From Azolla caroliniana (lineage: Eukaryota; Plantae; Polypodiophyta), in NCBI GenBank assembly GCA_043228905.1, contig JBHGNT010000003.1:11718001-11782000 (forward strand): DNA of 64,000 nt, written 5' to 3'. Positions within the stretch are counted from its first letter, which is position 1. The number at the start of each line of letters is the position of its first letter. The notes under the pieces are model-generated. The model had not been told where the DNA came from, searched no databases, and saw only the letters and a program-made list of their open reading frames with translations. Below are positions 63,633 to 64,000 of the stretch, piece after piece. Position numbers and translations under genes: made by a program.

Positions 63633-64000
63633 GCAACGCAGTCACTTTGAGGTCTAATTTGAAGGACTAACTGTACACCGTGTTCCTAATCCGTAACACT
63701 TTTGGCACGCTTGGTGATCTGTGTCTCCTCATAGACAAACAACGACGAATGGATGTTTAGCCGCAGACGTCCTAGAGAACCAACGCGACAAGATCAACCA
63801 ATCAAACGGTCCATCACACGCTAGGAAGAGGACCGCGCATGGCAAAAACCTCATCTCAGCGACCTCAGTGATACCTGTCGAGATCACAAAGACAATTTCT
63901 CGCTACCCAAATACCTTGGCGACAAGCAGGAAGTACGCTCACCACTATGGTCTTTCCCTGCCCCCCGTAGCGTCCAACATGGCCTTCTCTTATCCCCGCT

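Noticed and set aside
63633-64000. GC-balanced tail that might be coding
   Set aside because: No motif recognised in any frame and cut by the window edge; left unassigned.

Overview
Gene-free, heavily nested retrotransposon cluster from a land plant. A non-seed plant such as a fern is inferred from the mix of Tcn1-like, Athila-like and Copia lineages. No intact host gene was found; nearly all ORF-track entries are broken TE domains or antisense noise. Reconstruction from LTR pairs and target-site duplications (TSDs): an L1-type LINE (2865-38290, +) is split by a 32-kb Athila-like Gypsy 'A' (5056-37181, -). A carries 'B' (9211-13168, gag-only, two non-matching LTRs), Copia 'C' (15330-27973, which carries chromovirus 'D' 18471-25348) and Tcn1-like 'E' (30394-35995). 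To the right lie Copia 'J' (38291-41578, with a hAT-like insert) and a truncated D-family copy 'G' (41579-61512). G carries Tcn1-like 'F' (41723-47328) and 'H' (48775-59085), and H carries Copia 'K'. LTR and Copia fragments end the window. The most interesting signals are RNA-level: an antisense tRNA-like (Pol III A/B-box) module in the U3 of LTRs from two unrelated Gypsy lineages, an element with unalignable LTRs but an intact TSD, a -1 frameshift heptamer plus pseudoknot, a Tf1-type self-priming site, a five-hairpin array in a 5' UTR, and a duplicated PPT in three Copias. All alignments and identities were read by eye.
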